Of a stretch of 64,000 nt of DNA, positions 39,754-48,400 are shown one piece after another. Source of the stretch: Spirochaetia bacterium (GTDB lineage Bacteria > Spirochaetota > Spirochaetia > CADAEX01). The DNA is taken from contig OY759746.1 in assembly GCA_963662795.1 (NCBI GenBank), positions 3,392,001 to 3,456,000 on the forward strand, read 5' to 3'. The notes beneath the pieces were generated by a model that did not search any database, was not told where the DNA came from, and saw nothing but the letters and a program-made list of their open reading frames with translations. Every line of letters begins with the position of its first letter. Position 1 is the stretch's first letter. The position numbers and the translations under genes are program-made.

Positions 39754-42159
39754 ATGCGCGCCAATGAAAGAATAACCGGGAATACTCTTGAAATTATAAG
39801 AAAAGCAATAAATGAAGCAGACGGCAATGAGGTCATGTTCTGCGGCAGACTTGATTCCAAAGGAATGATTGAGTCTGTCATTATCGCTGCAAGGGGCAAT
39901 GAAGAAGCAGTCCCCGCAATCGAGTCTTTTATTGAAAAAGGCGAGGTTGTAATCCACAACCATCCTGACAGCGTTTTAAAACCCAGCAATGCGGATTTGA
40001 GAATTGCTTCAATTCTTGGTTCCCAGGGAACAGGTTTTATAATAATCGATAATACCGCGGAAAATATATATGTAGTTGCAGAACCTCTTGTATCCAAAAA
40101 AAGAAAGAAAATAAGAACAGATAAACTCGCGGATAAAATTTCTCCGGACGGTGCGCTGTCAAAACTGTTTGAATATTATGAACCCAGGGATTCCCAGATA
40201 GAGATGCTTATATCTGTCGCGGAATGTTTTAATAGTGAGAACATGCTTATTGCGGAAGCAGGTACAGGAGTCGGCAAGTCTATTGCCTATCTGCTTCCTG
40301 CTTTTCAGCAGGTAATCAACAATGATGAAAGGGTGGTTATTTCCACCAACACAATCAATCTTCAGCATCAGCTGCTTGAGAAAGATATTCCGCTTGTTAA
40401 AAGTATTTTAAAAACTGATAAAAAAGCAGCCCTGATCAAGGGAAGGTCCAACTATCTCTGTTTAAGAAAATATTATGAATATATCAATGAAAATTCTCTT
40501 TTCAGAGACGGGGAAGATAAAGGAATCAGCCTTATAAGGGAATGGGCTTCTGTAACAGAGACAGGAGACAAGGCCGACCTGCCTGTTGTTCCTGATTATA
40601 CTGTCTGGAATGATATATGCTCTGAATCTGACTACTGTCTCGGGCTTTACTGTCAGTACAGGGAAAAATGTTTTGTGATAAAAGCACGAAAAAATGCATC
40701 ATCAGCTTCTATCCTTGTTGTTAACCATCATCTTCTTTTTTCTGACATGGCGGCAAGAAGTTCCGGAGCCGGTTTTAACGGAACAGCTGTGCTTCCCGCT
40801 TTCAGGCATGTTGTTTTTGATGAAGCGCATAATATTGAAACAGCTGCAACTTCATACTTTTCCATGATACTTTCAAAAGGATATATATTAAAAACCTTTA
40901 AAAAAATCTACAGCAGATACCGCGGCAAGGTTTCAGGACTATACCTTTTCCTTGAGGCCGGTACAATTCAGCATCAAACCAGGGTTGCTGAACTTCCGCA
41001 GATGATTTCAGATACACTCGGCTTATATGATCTGCTTGAGAGTGAAGCTGAGAAAAAAATAACAGAAAGACAAAATATTAAAATTGAAAAATCCCTTTTT
41101 TTTGATGATATATATTCAGCACTTTTTGCCTTTAAAAAAAACATGCTCAGGATATATAATCTGCTTGATGATATTTCACAGGATCTTGATATTTCACCGG
41201 ATGAAGATTCAAGGATATATGAGCTTGCCCTTATAAAAGGAAAAATTAAAGGATTGATCTCCACTGCTGAAATTATACTTGATGCAGATGAAGACTATGT
41301 TAGCTGGATAGAAAAAGGGAAAAGCACTGTTTTTACACTGACCCCGCTTGATGTAAGCAAGGTGCTGAGAGATACAGTCTATGAAAAAATCTGCAGTATA
41401 GTTTTTACATCCGCGACTTTAAGTATAAGGGAGTCCTTTGATTTCTGGAAAAAAAGAATAGGCCTTACTCTCCAGAACAGGGAAATTACTGAAAAAATAT
41501 TCAAGTCTCCTTTTGATTACAGAAAAAAGGTATTGCTCGCTGTCCCTACTGATATAAAAGATCCTTCTGATCCGTTATATACCAGCGAACTTTCAGCATT
41601 TGCCCTTAATATTATAAAAATATCTGAAGGTGGAGCTCTTCTTCTTTTTACATCTTATTCAATGCTTATGGATGTTTACAGCAGAATAAAGGATGATGTC
41701 ATAAATACAGGAATTACAATTCTGAGGCAGGGCGAGTTTGACAGATTCAGGATACAGAAAATATTCAATGAAGATAAAAAAAGTGTTCTCCTTGCAACAG
41801 ATTCATTCTGGGAGGGAATAGACAGTCCTGGTGAGACTTTAAAAATAGTTATTATCTGCCGGCTGCCCTTTAAAGTACCATCAGACCCTGTAATTCAGTC
41901 AAGACTTGAAAAAATTGAAAAAGAGGGCGGGAATCCATTTGCAGATTACTCACTCCCTGAAGCTGTTATAAGGCTGAGGCAGGGATTCGGACGGCTTATG
42001 AGGAGAAAAACTGATACAGGTATTGTTATTGTAACAGACAACAGAATAGTAAAAAAATCCTATGGACAGGTTTTTATTGCTTCACTGCCGGAAACTTCAA
42101 AATGTATAAGTGATATGGGGCAGATAGAAGAAAAAATTGAATCATTTCTTTACAGCTGA
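39754..42159 (+). CDS. dinG: DinG-family helicase with N-terminal JAB/MPN-like domain
   Basis: N-terminal GNEV...IHNHP....PS.AD; EAGTGVGKS, KGRSNYLC, FeS cysteines, NHHLL, DEAH, TSATL, FWEGID.PG, QGFGRL.R. Confidence 0.9.
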   Translation: MRANERITGNTLEIIRKAINEADGNEVMFCGRLDSKGMIESVIIAARGNEEAVPAIESFIEKGEVVIHNHPDSVLKPSNADLRIASILGSQGTGFIIIDNTAENIYVVAEPLVSKKRKKIRTDKLADKISPDGALSKLFEYYEPRDSQIEMLISVAECFNSENMLIAEAGTGVGKSIAYLLPAFQQVINNDERVVISTNTINLQHQLLEKDIPLVKSILKTDKKAALIKGRSNYLCLRKYYEYINENSLFRDGEDKGISLIREWASVTETGDKADLPVVPDYTVWNDICSESDYCLGLYCQYREKCFVIKARKNASSASILVVNHHLLFSDMAARSSGAGFNGTAVLPAFRHVVFDEAHNIETAATSYFSMILSKGYILKTFKKIYSRYRGKVSGLYLFLEAGTIQHQTRVAELPQMISDTLGLYDLLESEAEKKITERQNIKIEKSLFFDDIYSALFAFKKNMLRIYNLLDDISQDLDISPDEDSRIYELALIKGKIKGLISTAEIILDADEDYVSWIEKGKSTVFTLTPLDVSKVLRDTVYEKICSIVFTSATLSIRESFDFWKKRIGLTLQNREITEKIFKSPFDYRKKVLLAVPTDIKDPSDPLYTSELSAFALNIIKISEGGALLLFTSYSMLMDVYSRIKDDVINTGITILRQGEFDRFRIQKIFNEDKKSVLLATDSFWEGIDSPGETLKIVIICRLPFKVPSDPVIQSRLEKIEKEGGNPFADYSLPEAVIRLRQGFGRLMRRKTDTGIVIVTDNRIVKKSYGQVFIASLPETSKCISDMGQIEEKIESFLYS

Positions 42160-42177
42160 AATTATACGGCTGATATC

Positions 42178-42219
42178 AATAAAAAAGGCTGATGGAATTA
42201 ACCTACAGCCTTTTTTATT
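42178..42219. terminator. Bidirectional terminator between dinG and groES
   Basis: AATAAAAAAGGCTG...CAGCCTTTTTTATT inverted repeat. Confidence 0.85.
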
Positions 42220-42238
42220 TCAGTGATTGTGAAACTTT

Positions 42239-42505
42239 TTATTCAACAATAGCAACAATATCTGCAGCTTTAACAATCAGATAGTCTACATTTTCGATTT
42301 TGATGGAAGTTCCGGCATATTTGTCATACATAATTTTCTGCCCGACTTTTACCTTGATTGCATCTTTATCATCGCCGATAGCGGAAACAACACCTGTCTG
42401 TGTTTTCTCCTGTGCAGTCTGCGGTATAAACAGGCCTCCTTTTGTTTTCTCTTCTGACTCCGTAATCTTAACTAACACCCTGTCGCCTAATGGTGTGATT
42501 TTCAT
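42239..42505 (-). CDS. groES: Co-chaperonin GroES
   Basis: PLGDRVLVK, KTKGGL.IP.TA.EK, KYAGT; monocistronic. Confidence 0.96.
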   Translation of the reverse strand: MKITPLGDRVLVKITESEEKTKGGLFIPQTAQEKTQTGVVSAIGDDKDAIKVKVGQKIMYDKYAGTSIKIENVDYLIVKAADIVAIVE

Positions 42506-42567
42506 TTGTATCCTCCTGAAAGACTGTTAAATTATTTGATTTAAGTTAATATAAAAATAACAATAAA

Positions 42568-42596
42568 AATATACGAATCTTGTTAATAATGGTCAA
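42568..42596 (-). promoter_or_regulatory. sigma70 promoter of groES
   Basis: TTGACC-N17-TATATT on the minus strand. Confidence 0.6.
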
Positions 42597-42667
42597 GATA
42601 AATAATACCGCAGGATTTCTGTAAAATCTGTAAGATTTGAAATAATACTTCCTGATTTATTATAAAT

Positions 42668-42724
42668 TGTGTCATAAGTAATCAGTATTAAGGATAAAAT
42701 TAATTAGTGCGTATTAATGACACA
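42668..42724. promoter_or_regulatory. Candidate upstream activating sequence: two 17-bp imperfect palindromes (TGTGTCA-N3-TGACACA consensus)
   Basis: TGTGTCATAAGTAATCA (42668-42684) and TGCGTATTAATGACACA (42708-42724), 40 bp apart, about 120-175 bp upstream of the predicted sigma54 start site. Confidence 0.45.
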
Positions 42725-42816
42725 TGAAGAAATCCGGTCATAATAATATATTTTTTAATTATTTAATAAATGCTTGTATTATAAGGAATTATTAAATATC
42801 GATTAAAAGTTCAGAT

Positions 42817-42832
42817 TGGCACACATATTGCA
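42817..42832 (+). promoter_or_regulatory. sigma54 (RpoN) -24/-12 promoter of the sigma factor gene
   Basis: TGGCAC-ACATA-TTGCA matches the TGGCAC-N5-TTGCW consensus exactly. Predicted start about 42843, followed by GGGAGG SD and ATG 42862. Confidence 0.85.
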
Positions 42833-42861
42833 AATATATAGTTGTTTGGGAGGTGCAATAT

Positions 42862-43734
42862 ATGTCAGCAACTATTACTAAAGTCAAAAAAGCAAAAAAA
42901 ACCGGTGATGAGAATACACTTTCGATCTATTTGAAAGAAATAAACAATATTCCTCTTTTATCAAGAGAAGATGAAGAAAAATATGCAAGGCTTGCTGCTT
43001 CAGGTGATAAAAGCGCAAGAGACATTCTTGTGAAGTCAAACCTCAGGTTTGTAGTAAATGTAGCAAAAAAATACAAAAATCAGGGCATTCCGCTTTCAGA
43101 TCTCATAAATGAAGGTAACATTGGTCTTCTTAATGCGGTTGAGAAATATGATGTAGACAGGGGATACCATTTCATATCTTATGCAGTCTGGTGGATTAAA
43201 CAGGCTATACTTAAAGCAATTGGTGAAAAATCCAGAATGATAAGACTGCCGCTTAACAGGGCAGGAGAGCTTGTGCAGATCGAAAGACTTAAAAAGGAAT
43301 ATATTGCATTAAACGGCAGTGATCCTGATCTCAGGGATATTGCTTCAGATTTAAGTCTTACAGAAGAACATGTAAGGGAGATGATAAATATTTCCCGCGA
43401 ACATATATCAATTGATACACCTGTTTCATCAGGTGAAAGAGATTCTGCCAAAATATCTGATTACATTGAAGATACACGCTACAAACAGCCTGATGAATTT
43501 ATAATTGACAGATCACTTAAAGAAGAGATAAATAAACTTCTTGCCACATTATCCGGTAAAGAAGCAGATATAATTGAACAGCGGTTTGGCCTTAACGGTG
43601 AGACTCCACAGTCGTTAAAGGAAATTGGCGACAGATTCAATCTTACAAAAGAAAGAATCAGGCAGATAGAAAAAAAAGCTCTTGAAAGACTGAAACACGT
43701 TTCAAGAAAGCAGTATCTTGAAGCCTATATTTAA
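42862..43734 (+). CDS. Short sigma70-family factor lacking region 1.1 (group 2/RpoS-like alternative sigma)
   Basis: Region 1.2 YLKEI...PLL, region 2 NLRFVV.VAKKY...DLINEGNIGL, YAVWWIKQAI, region 4 SLKEIG..F.LTKERIRQIE; about 290 aa. Confidence 0.9.
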   Translation: MSATITKVKKAKKTGDENTLSIYLKEINNIPLLSREDEEKYARLAASGDKSARDILVKSNLRFVVNVAKKYKNQGIPLSDLINEGNIGLLNAVEKYDVDRGYHFISYAVWWIKQAILKAIGEKSRMIRLPLNRAGELVQIERLKKEYIALNGSDPDLRDIASDLSLTEEHVREMINISREHISIDTPVSSGERDSAKISDYIEDTRYKQPDEFIIDRSLKEEINKLLATLSGKEADIIEQRFGLNGETPQSLKEIGDRFNLTKERIRQIEKKALERLKHVSRKQYLEAYI

Positions 43735-43763
43735 TATCCAATAATAATTATTCTGTGTTTATC

Positions 43764-43802
43764 GATAACCTTTGGTGATATATGTTATTGCCAGGGGTTA
43801 TC
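43764..43802 (+). terminator. Hairpin downstream of the sigma gene
   Basis: GATAACCTTTGGTGATA...TATTGCCAGGGGTTATC stem with G-U pairs; weak U tract. Confidence 0.5.
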
Positions 43803-43831
43803 TTGACATATAATTGATAATATTTTAGTCT
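43803..43831 (+). promoter_or_regulatory. sigma70 promoter of ppdK
   Basis: TTGACA-N17-TAGTCT. Confidence 0.55.
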
Positions 43832-43917
43832 AATATCTGTAAAAATCTCAAATAAATACTACTGGTAATAAGCAATTATTCAATCTGGTAGAAAACAATC
43901 TGGAGGTCAGTAAAATA

Positions 43918-46578
43918 ATGTCTATGGAAAAATTTGTTTACTTTTTTGGTGGCGGAACATCAGACGGTAAAGCTGAAATGAAACAGCTGCTTGGCGGTAA
44001 AGGCGCTAATCTTGCAGAAATGACTAATATGGGAATTCCGGTTCCTCCCGGTTTTACAATTTCAACAGAGGTCTGTAAAGTTTATTATGAAAACAATAAA
44101 ACCTATCCTGAAGTTGTCAGAAAACAGGTAAAAGAAAACCTTGAAAAACTAGAAAAACTTCAGGGTAAAAAACTTGGCGATCCTTCTGATCCCCTGCTGG
44201 TATCAGTAAGGTCAGGCGCAGCTGTTTCCATGCCTGGAATGATGGACACAATCCTTAACCTTGGACTTAATGACAAGGCAGTAGAGCAGCTTGCTGTAAA
44301 AACTGGGAATCCAAGGTTTGCATGGGATGCTTACAGACGTTTTATTCAGATGTTCGGTGATGTCGCAATGGGTGTTCCTCATCATGATTTTGAAGCTATT
44401 CTTGAATCTGTAAAAAAAGAGAAAGGTGTCGAAAATGATATCGAGCTTACAGCAGATGATTTCAAGAAAGTCGTAAAACTATATAAAGAAGCTTACAAAA
44501 ATTTTTTAAAGGAAGATTTTCCCCAGGATCCCATGGTTCAGCTTTGGGCAGCGATAGATGCGGTTTTCGGCTCATGGAATAACACAAGAGCTATAAAATA
44601 CAGGGCCATTAACGGCATTGTTGGTCTGCTGGGAACTGCTGTAAACGTACAGACTATGGTTTTCGGTAACTACGGGGATACTTCAGGCACAGGCGTTTGT
44701 TTTTCAAGAGACCCTTCAACAGGTGAAAATTATTTCTACGGCGAATATCTCATGAATGCTCAGGGAGAAGATGTCGTAGCAGGTATAAGAACTCCTGAAA
44801 CATTGAAATCGCTTGAAAAAGAAAATCCTGAGATGTACAGGCAGCTTGTTGGTTTCAAGGAAAAACTTGAAAATCATTTCAAGGATATGCAGGATATAGA
44901 ATTTACGATTCAGCAGGGTGTTCTTTATATACTTCAGACAAGAAACGCTAAAAGAACAGGTCCTGCAGCTATCCGCTGCGCTGTAGAAATGGTTTCTGAA
45001 GGTATGATCAGCAAAGAGACAGCTGTAAAGAGGGTAACACCCGAGCAGCTTGATCAGCTTCTCCATCCGATGATTGACCCCAAATTGAAAAAAACACTTA
45101 AAGTTCTTACAAAAGGACTTAACGCTTCCCCAGGCGCTGCCTGCGGACAGGTAGTATTTACTGCAGATGAGGCAGAACACTGGGCAAAAGATGGCAAAAA
45201 AGTACTTCTTGTAAGAAAAGAGACATCACCGGAAGATATCGGCGGTATGGTTGTTGCCCAGGGTATTCTTACATCAACAGGAGGTATGACAAGTCATGCA
45301 GCTGTTGTTGCCAGAGGAATGGGGACACCTTGTGTTGCCGGCTGTAAAGATCTTTCAATTACCGGAAAATCAATCAAGGTAAAAGGACTTGAAATCAAGG
45401 AAGGCGATTATATTACCATCGACGGTTCAACAGGAGAAGTTTTCAACGGTAAAATTGATCTTGCAAAACCGAAATTCGACGACAGACTGACAAAATTCCT
45501 CACATGGGCAGATGAAATCAGATGGTCTGCGGAAAGAAAAGGCCTTCCAAAAGGTTTTCTCGTCAGGACCAATGCAGACCAGCCGCATGATGCAGTAATT
45601 GCAAGAGAATTCGGCGCGGAAGGTATCGGACTCTGCAGAACTGAACACATGTTCTTTGACGCGGAAAAGCTTGAAATATTTCAGCAGATGATTGTTGCTG
45701 AAGATGTGGAAACAAGGAAAAACGTACTTAAAAAACTTATTGTTCTTCAGCAGAAAGACTTTGAAGGTATTTTTGAAGCAATGAACGGCCTTCCTGTTAC
45801 AATCAGGCTTCTTGATCCGCCGCTTCATGAGTTTGTGCCTAAAACACCGGAAGATACAAAAGCTCTTGCAGGTAAAATCGGTATTCCTGTAGAAAAACTT
45901 CAGTCAAAGATTGATTCGCTTCATGAACTCAATCCGATGCTTGGCCACCGCGGCTGCCGTCTGGGTGTAACATATCCTGAAATATATGATATGCAGGTTG
46001 AAGCAATCATGAGAGCTGCATGTGAGCAGACAAAGAAGGGCGTAAAAGTAATTCCTGAGATTATGATACCTCTTATCGGAACATATCAGGAATTGAAGAT
46101 GCTCAGGTTAAATGCTGAGAAAGTAATTGCATCTGTATTTGAAACCATGAAGATGAAGGTCGATCATAAAATAGGTACAATGATTGAAATACCGAGAGCT
46201 GCTATTACAGCGGATGAAGTTGCAAAATATGCTGATTTCTTTTCCTTCGGTACAAACGACCTGACACAGATGACCTATGGTTATTCAAGAGATGATATCG
46301 GCTCCTTCCTGCCTGATTATATTGAGAAGGGAGTTCTTGAAAGAGACCCGTTCCAGGCTATTGATCAGAATGGTGTAGGTGTACTTGTAAAAATGGCTGC
46401 TGATAAATCAAGAGCCATTAAGCCCGATATCAAACTTGGTATCTGCGGCGAACATGGAGGAGAATCCTCTTCAATAGAATTCTGCTACAGAACAGGACTT
46501 AATTATGTTTCATGTTCTCCCTACAGGGTTCCTCTTGCAAGACTCTCTGCAGCTCAGGCCGTACTTAAAAATAAGTAA
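43918..46578 (+). CDS. ppdK: Pyruvate, phosphate dikinase
   Basis: LLGGKGANLAEM, SVRSGA..SMPGMMDT, GGMTSHAAVVARG (phospho-His), GIGLCRTEHMF, NPMLGHRGCR, SFGTNDLTQ, GICGEHGG. Confidence 0.97.
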   Translation: MSMEKFVYFFGGGTSDGKAEMKQLLGGKGANLAEMTNMGIPVPPGFTISTEVCKVYYENNKTYPEVVRKQVKENLEKLEKLQGKKLGDPSDPLLVSVRSGAAVSMPGMMDTILNLGLNDKAVEQLAVKTGNPRFAWDAYRRFIQMFGDVAMGVPHHDFEAILESVKKEKGVENDIELTADDFKKVVKLYKEAYKNFLKEDFPQDPMVQLWAAIDAVFGSWNNTRAIKYRAINGIVGLLGTAVNVQTMVFGNYGDTSGTGVCFSRDPSTGENYFYGEYLMNAQGEDVVAGIRTPETLKSLEKENPEMYRQLVGFKEKLENHFKDMQDIEFTIQQGVLYILQTRNAKRTGPAAIRCAVEMVSEGMISKETAVKRVTPEQLDQLLHPMIDPKLKKTLKVLTKGLNASPGAACGQVVFTADEAEHWAKDGKKVLLVRKETSPEDIGGMVVAQGILTSTGGMTSHAAVVARGMGTPCVAGCKDLSITGKSIKVKGLEIKEGDYITIDGSTGEVFNGKIDLAKPKFDDRLTKFLTWADEIRWSAERKGLPKGFLVRTNADQPHDAVIAREFGAEGIGLCRTEHMFFDAEKLEIFQQMIVAEDVETRKNVLKKLIVLQQKDFEGIFEAMNGLPVTIRLLDPPLHEFVPKTPEDTKALAGKIGIPVEKLQSKIDSLHELNPMLGHRGCRLGVTYPEIYDMQVEAIMRAACEQTKKGVKVIPEIMIPLIGTYQELKMLRLNAEKVIASVFETMKMKVDHKIGTMIEIPRAAITADEVAKYADFFSFGTNDLTQMTYGYSRDDIGSFLPDYIEKGVLERDPFQAIDQNGVGVLVKMAADKSRAIKPDIKLGICGEHGGESSSIEFCYRTGLNYVSCSPYRVPLARLSAAQAVLKNK

Positions 46579-46597
46579 TTTCTCTTTATGTGAAAAT

Positions 46598-46626
46598 AAA
46601 GGCTGTCCTTTGCAGGACAGCCTTTT
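46598..46626 (+). terminator. Intrinsic terminator after ppdK
   Basis: AAAGGCTGTCCT-ttgc-AGGACAGCCTTTT. Confidence 0.85.
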
Positions 46627-46656
46627 CTGTATCTGCAATATCTTCAATATCATAAA

Positions 46657-47394
46657 ATGAAAGATAACCTTATATTTATTTATAAAAAATTAATTGAAAA
46701 TTATGGACCTCAGGGATGGTGGCCTTTACTGTTTGAGGAAAGAAAAGATTTTTCAGACAGCAAAGGATATCATAAAAATTTTACAATCTTTACACAGACA
46801 AAAACCGACAGATTCGAAATAAGCACCGGAGCTGTACTCACGCAAAATACAAACTGGAATAATGTGTACAACAGTTTAACTGAATTTAAAAAATCTTCGA
46901 TAACAACACCTGAAAGTTTTCTTGGAGCTGATATAGATATAATTAAAAATATTATAAAAAAAACCGGGTATTACAATCAGAAATATATCAAACTGGTCAA
47001 TCTGATATCATTTCTGCAAAACAATAATTATTTGGAATTTCCTGATGATCTGTCACGTGAAGCTCTACTTGATATATGGGGAATAGGGGAGGAGACTGCG
47101 GATTCAATATTGCTGTATGCGTTTAACAGAAAAGTATTTGTGATAGATGCATATTCAAAAAGAATTGCCTCCCGCCTTGACTCAAGTCTGAAATTAAAAA
47201 CCTACAAGGAGTATCAAAATTATTTTACAGAAAATATTCCGGATGATCTTGAAATATATAATCAGTATCATGCCTTGATTGTCAAACATTGTGTGGAGAT
47301 ATGCAGGAAAAGGCCAGACTGTGACAAATGCATATTATTTCCATACTGCGATAAGGCAATAAAAGGGAGTAAACCTTATAAGATTGATAAGTAG
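46657..47394 (+). CDS. HhH-GPD / endonuclease III-related DNA glycosylase with C-terminal FeS motif
   Basis: YGPQGWWP, FEI..GAVLTQNTNW, GIGEETADSILLYA, VIDAY, C-terminal C.K.P.C..C.L...C. Confidence 0.85.
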   Translation: MKDNLIFIYKKLIENYGPQGWWPLLFEERKDFSDSKGYHKNFTIFTQTKTDRFEISTGAVLTQNTNWNNVYNSLTEFKKSSITTPESFLGADIDIIKNIIKKTGYYNQKYIKLVNLISFLQNNNYLEFPDDLSREALLDIWGIGEETADSILLYAFNRKVFVIDAYSKRIASRLDSSLKLKTYKEYQNYFTENIPDDLEIYNQYHALIVKHCVEICRKRPDCDKCILFPYCDKAIKGSKPYKIDK

Positions 47395-47437
47395 ACAGAA
47401 GATATATTATCGGAAGTAATGATAATGTTTATTTATT

Positions 47438-47725
47438 CTATTTCTTCTCGCTGACCTTGTGATATATATAGATTACAGTTATGGAAATAACAAGCGGCGG
47501 AAAAATATTTACTACTCCGTTTATCATGGTCAATGCGCTTATTATATTTGTAAAATAGTATTCTATAATTGCGCCAAGAAAAGAACCGATAATTGAAACA
47601 ATAAGAACGCCCCAGAAATTTCCTATAAACGCTTTATTGTAGACATAATAAAAAACAAGAGCTGATGCAAATCCTATAAGAATATAAATAATTCCGATGT
47701 TGAAATAATATGAAAACATGCGCAA
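47438..47725 (-). CDS. Small 3-TM membrane protein
   Basis: Hydrophobic 95 aa with IIGSFLGA; last gene of the cyclase operon. Confidence 0.65.
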   Translation of the reverse strand: MRMFSYYFNIGIIYILIGFASALVFYYVYNKAFIGNFWGVLIVSIIGSFLGAIIEYYFTNIISALTMINGVVNIFPPLVISITVIYIYHKVSEKK

Positions 47726-47740
47726 CCTATCCTTGTTTGA

Positions 47741-48400
47741 CTAAAAAGTTCCATAGTCTATATAGCCAAGCCATACCGGCTTGCTGTAAATATTGTATAC
47801 CCTGTCGTATTTACCGTATGAAAAAACAAATAATGAAAGTGTAACATCCGCAACCGGCACATCAGAATCACTTTCAGACATATCATCATATATAAATGAT
47901 TTATAATAATCAGTATCAGCCGGATCTGTAACTACCCTGTATAATTTCGTATTATTATAATCAACTGTGGGTATTGTATCAGAAGCTATGTAAGTAAAAT
48001 CAATATTTATCACAAAACTTTCATCCCTGTCATTATAATCTATGGGTATCATAGGATAAGGAGTTTTTGAATCAGTATTATTTACAGTATTTATTCTTTT
48101 AAACCCAAGATTCGCCAGGTCCGACGGCTCAGGTTCCTCAACTGAAAAAAGATTATTATAATCAGCTGCGTTTTCAGCCTTGAAATTAGCCTTATTATAA
48201 AATTTATAATAAAGCTCATACCCCTGAAAAACATCAGAATCATTATCGCTGCGGTTATAAATCTTTATATTACCGGAAGAACCAGTTAAGGCAGATACTT
48301 CGGGTGCATAAATATATGGATAATCATTAAGCCCGCAACCCTGAATAAGGAAGAAAAATAATGCGGGCAAAAAGATAATAATTCTGTTAAGGGGTATCAT
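47741..48400 (-). CDS. Lipoprotein of unknown function
   Basis: ATG 48400 with GGGAGG SD; signal ending LIQG-C-GL; F.GYELYYKFY motif; overlaps the cyclase stop. Confidence 0.75.
   Translation of the reverse strand: MIPLNRIIIFLPALFFFLIQGCGLNDYPYIYAPEVSALTGSSGNIKIYNRSDNDSDVFQGYELYYKFYNKANFKAENAADYNNLFSVEEPEPSDLANLGFKRINTVNNTDSKTPYPMIPIDYNDRDESFVINIDFTYIASDTIPTVDYNNTKLYRVVTDPADTDYYKSFIYDDMSESDSDVPVADVTLSLFVFSYGKYDRVYNIYSKPVWLGYIDYGTF

Noticed and set aside
42506-42600. CIRCE element upstream of groES; groES without groEL as an anomaly
   Set aside because: No TTAGCACTC-N9-GAGTGCTAA is present, and separated groES and groEL are normal in several spirochaetes.
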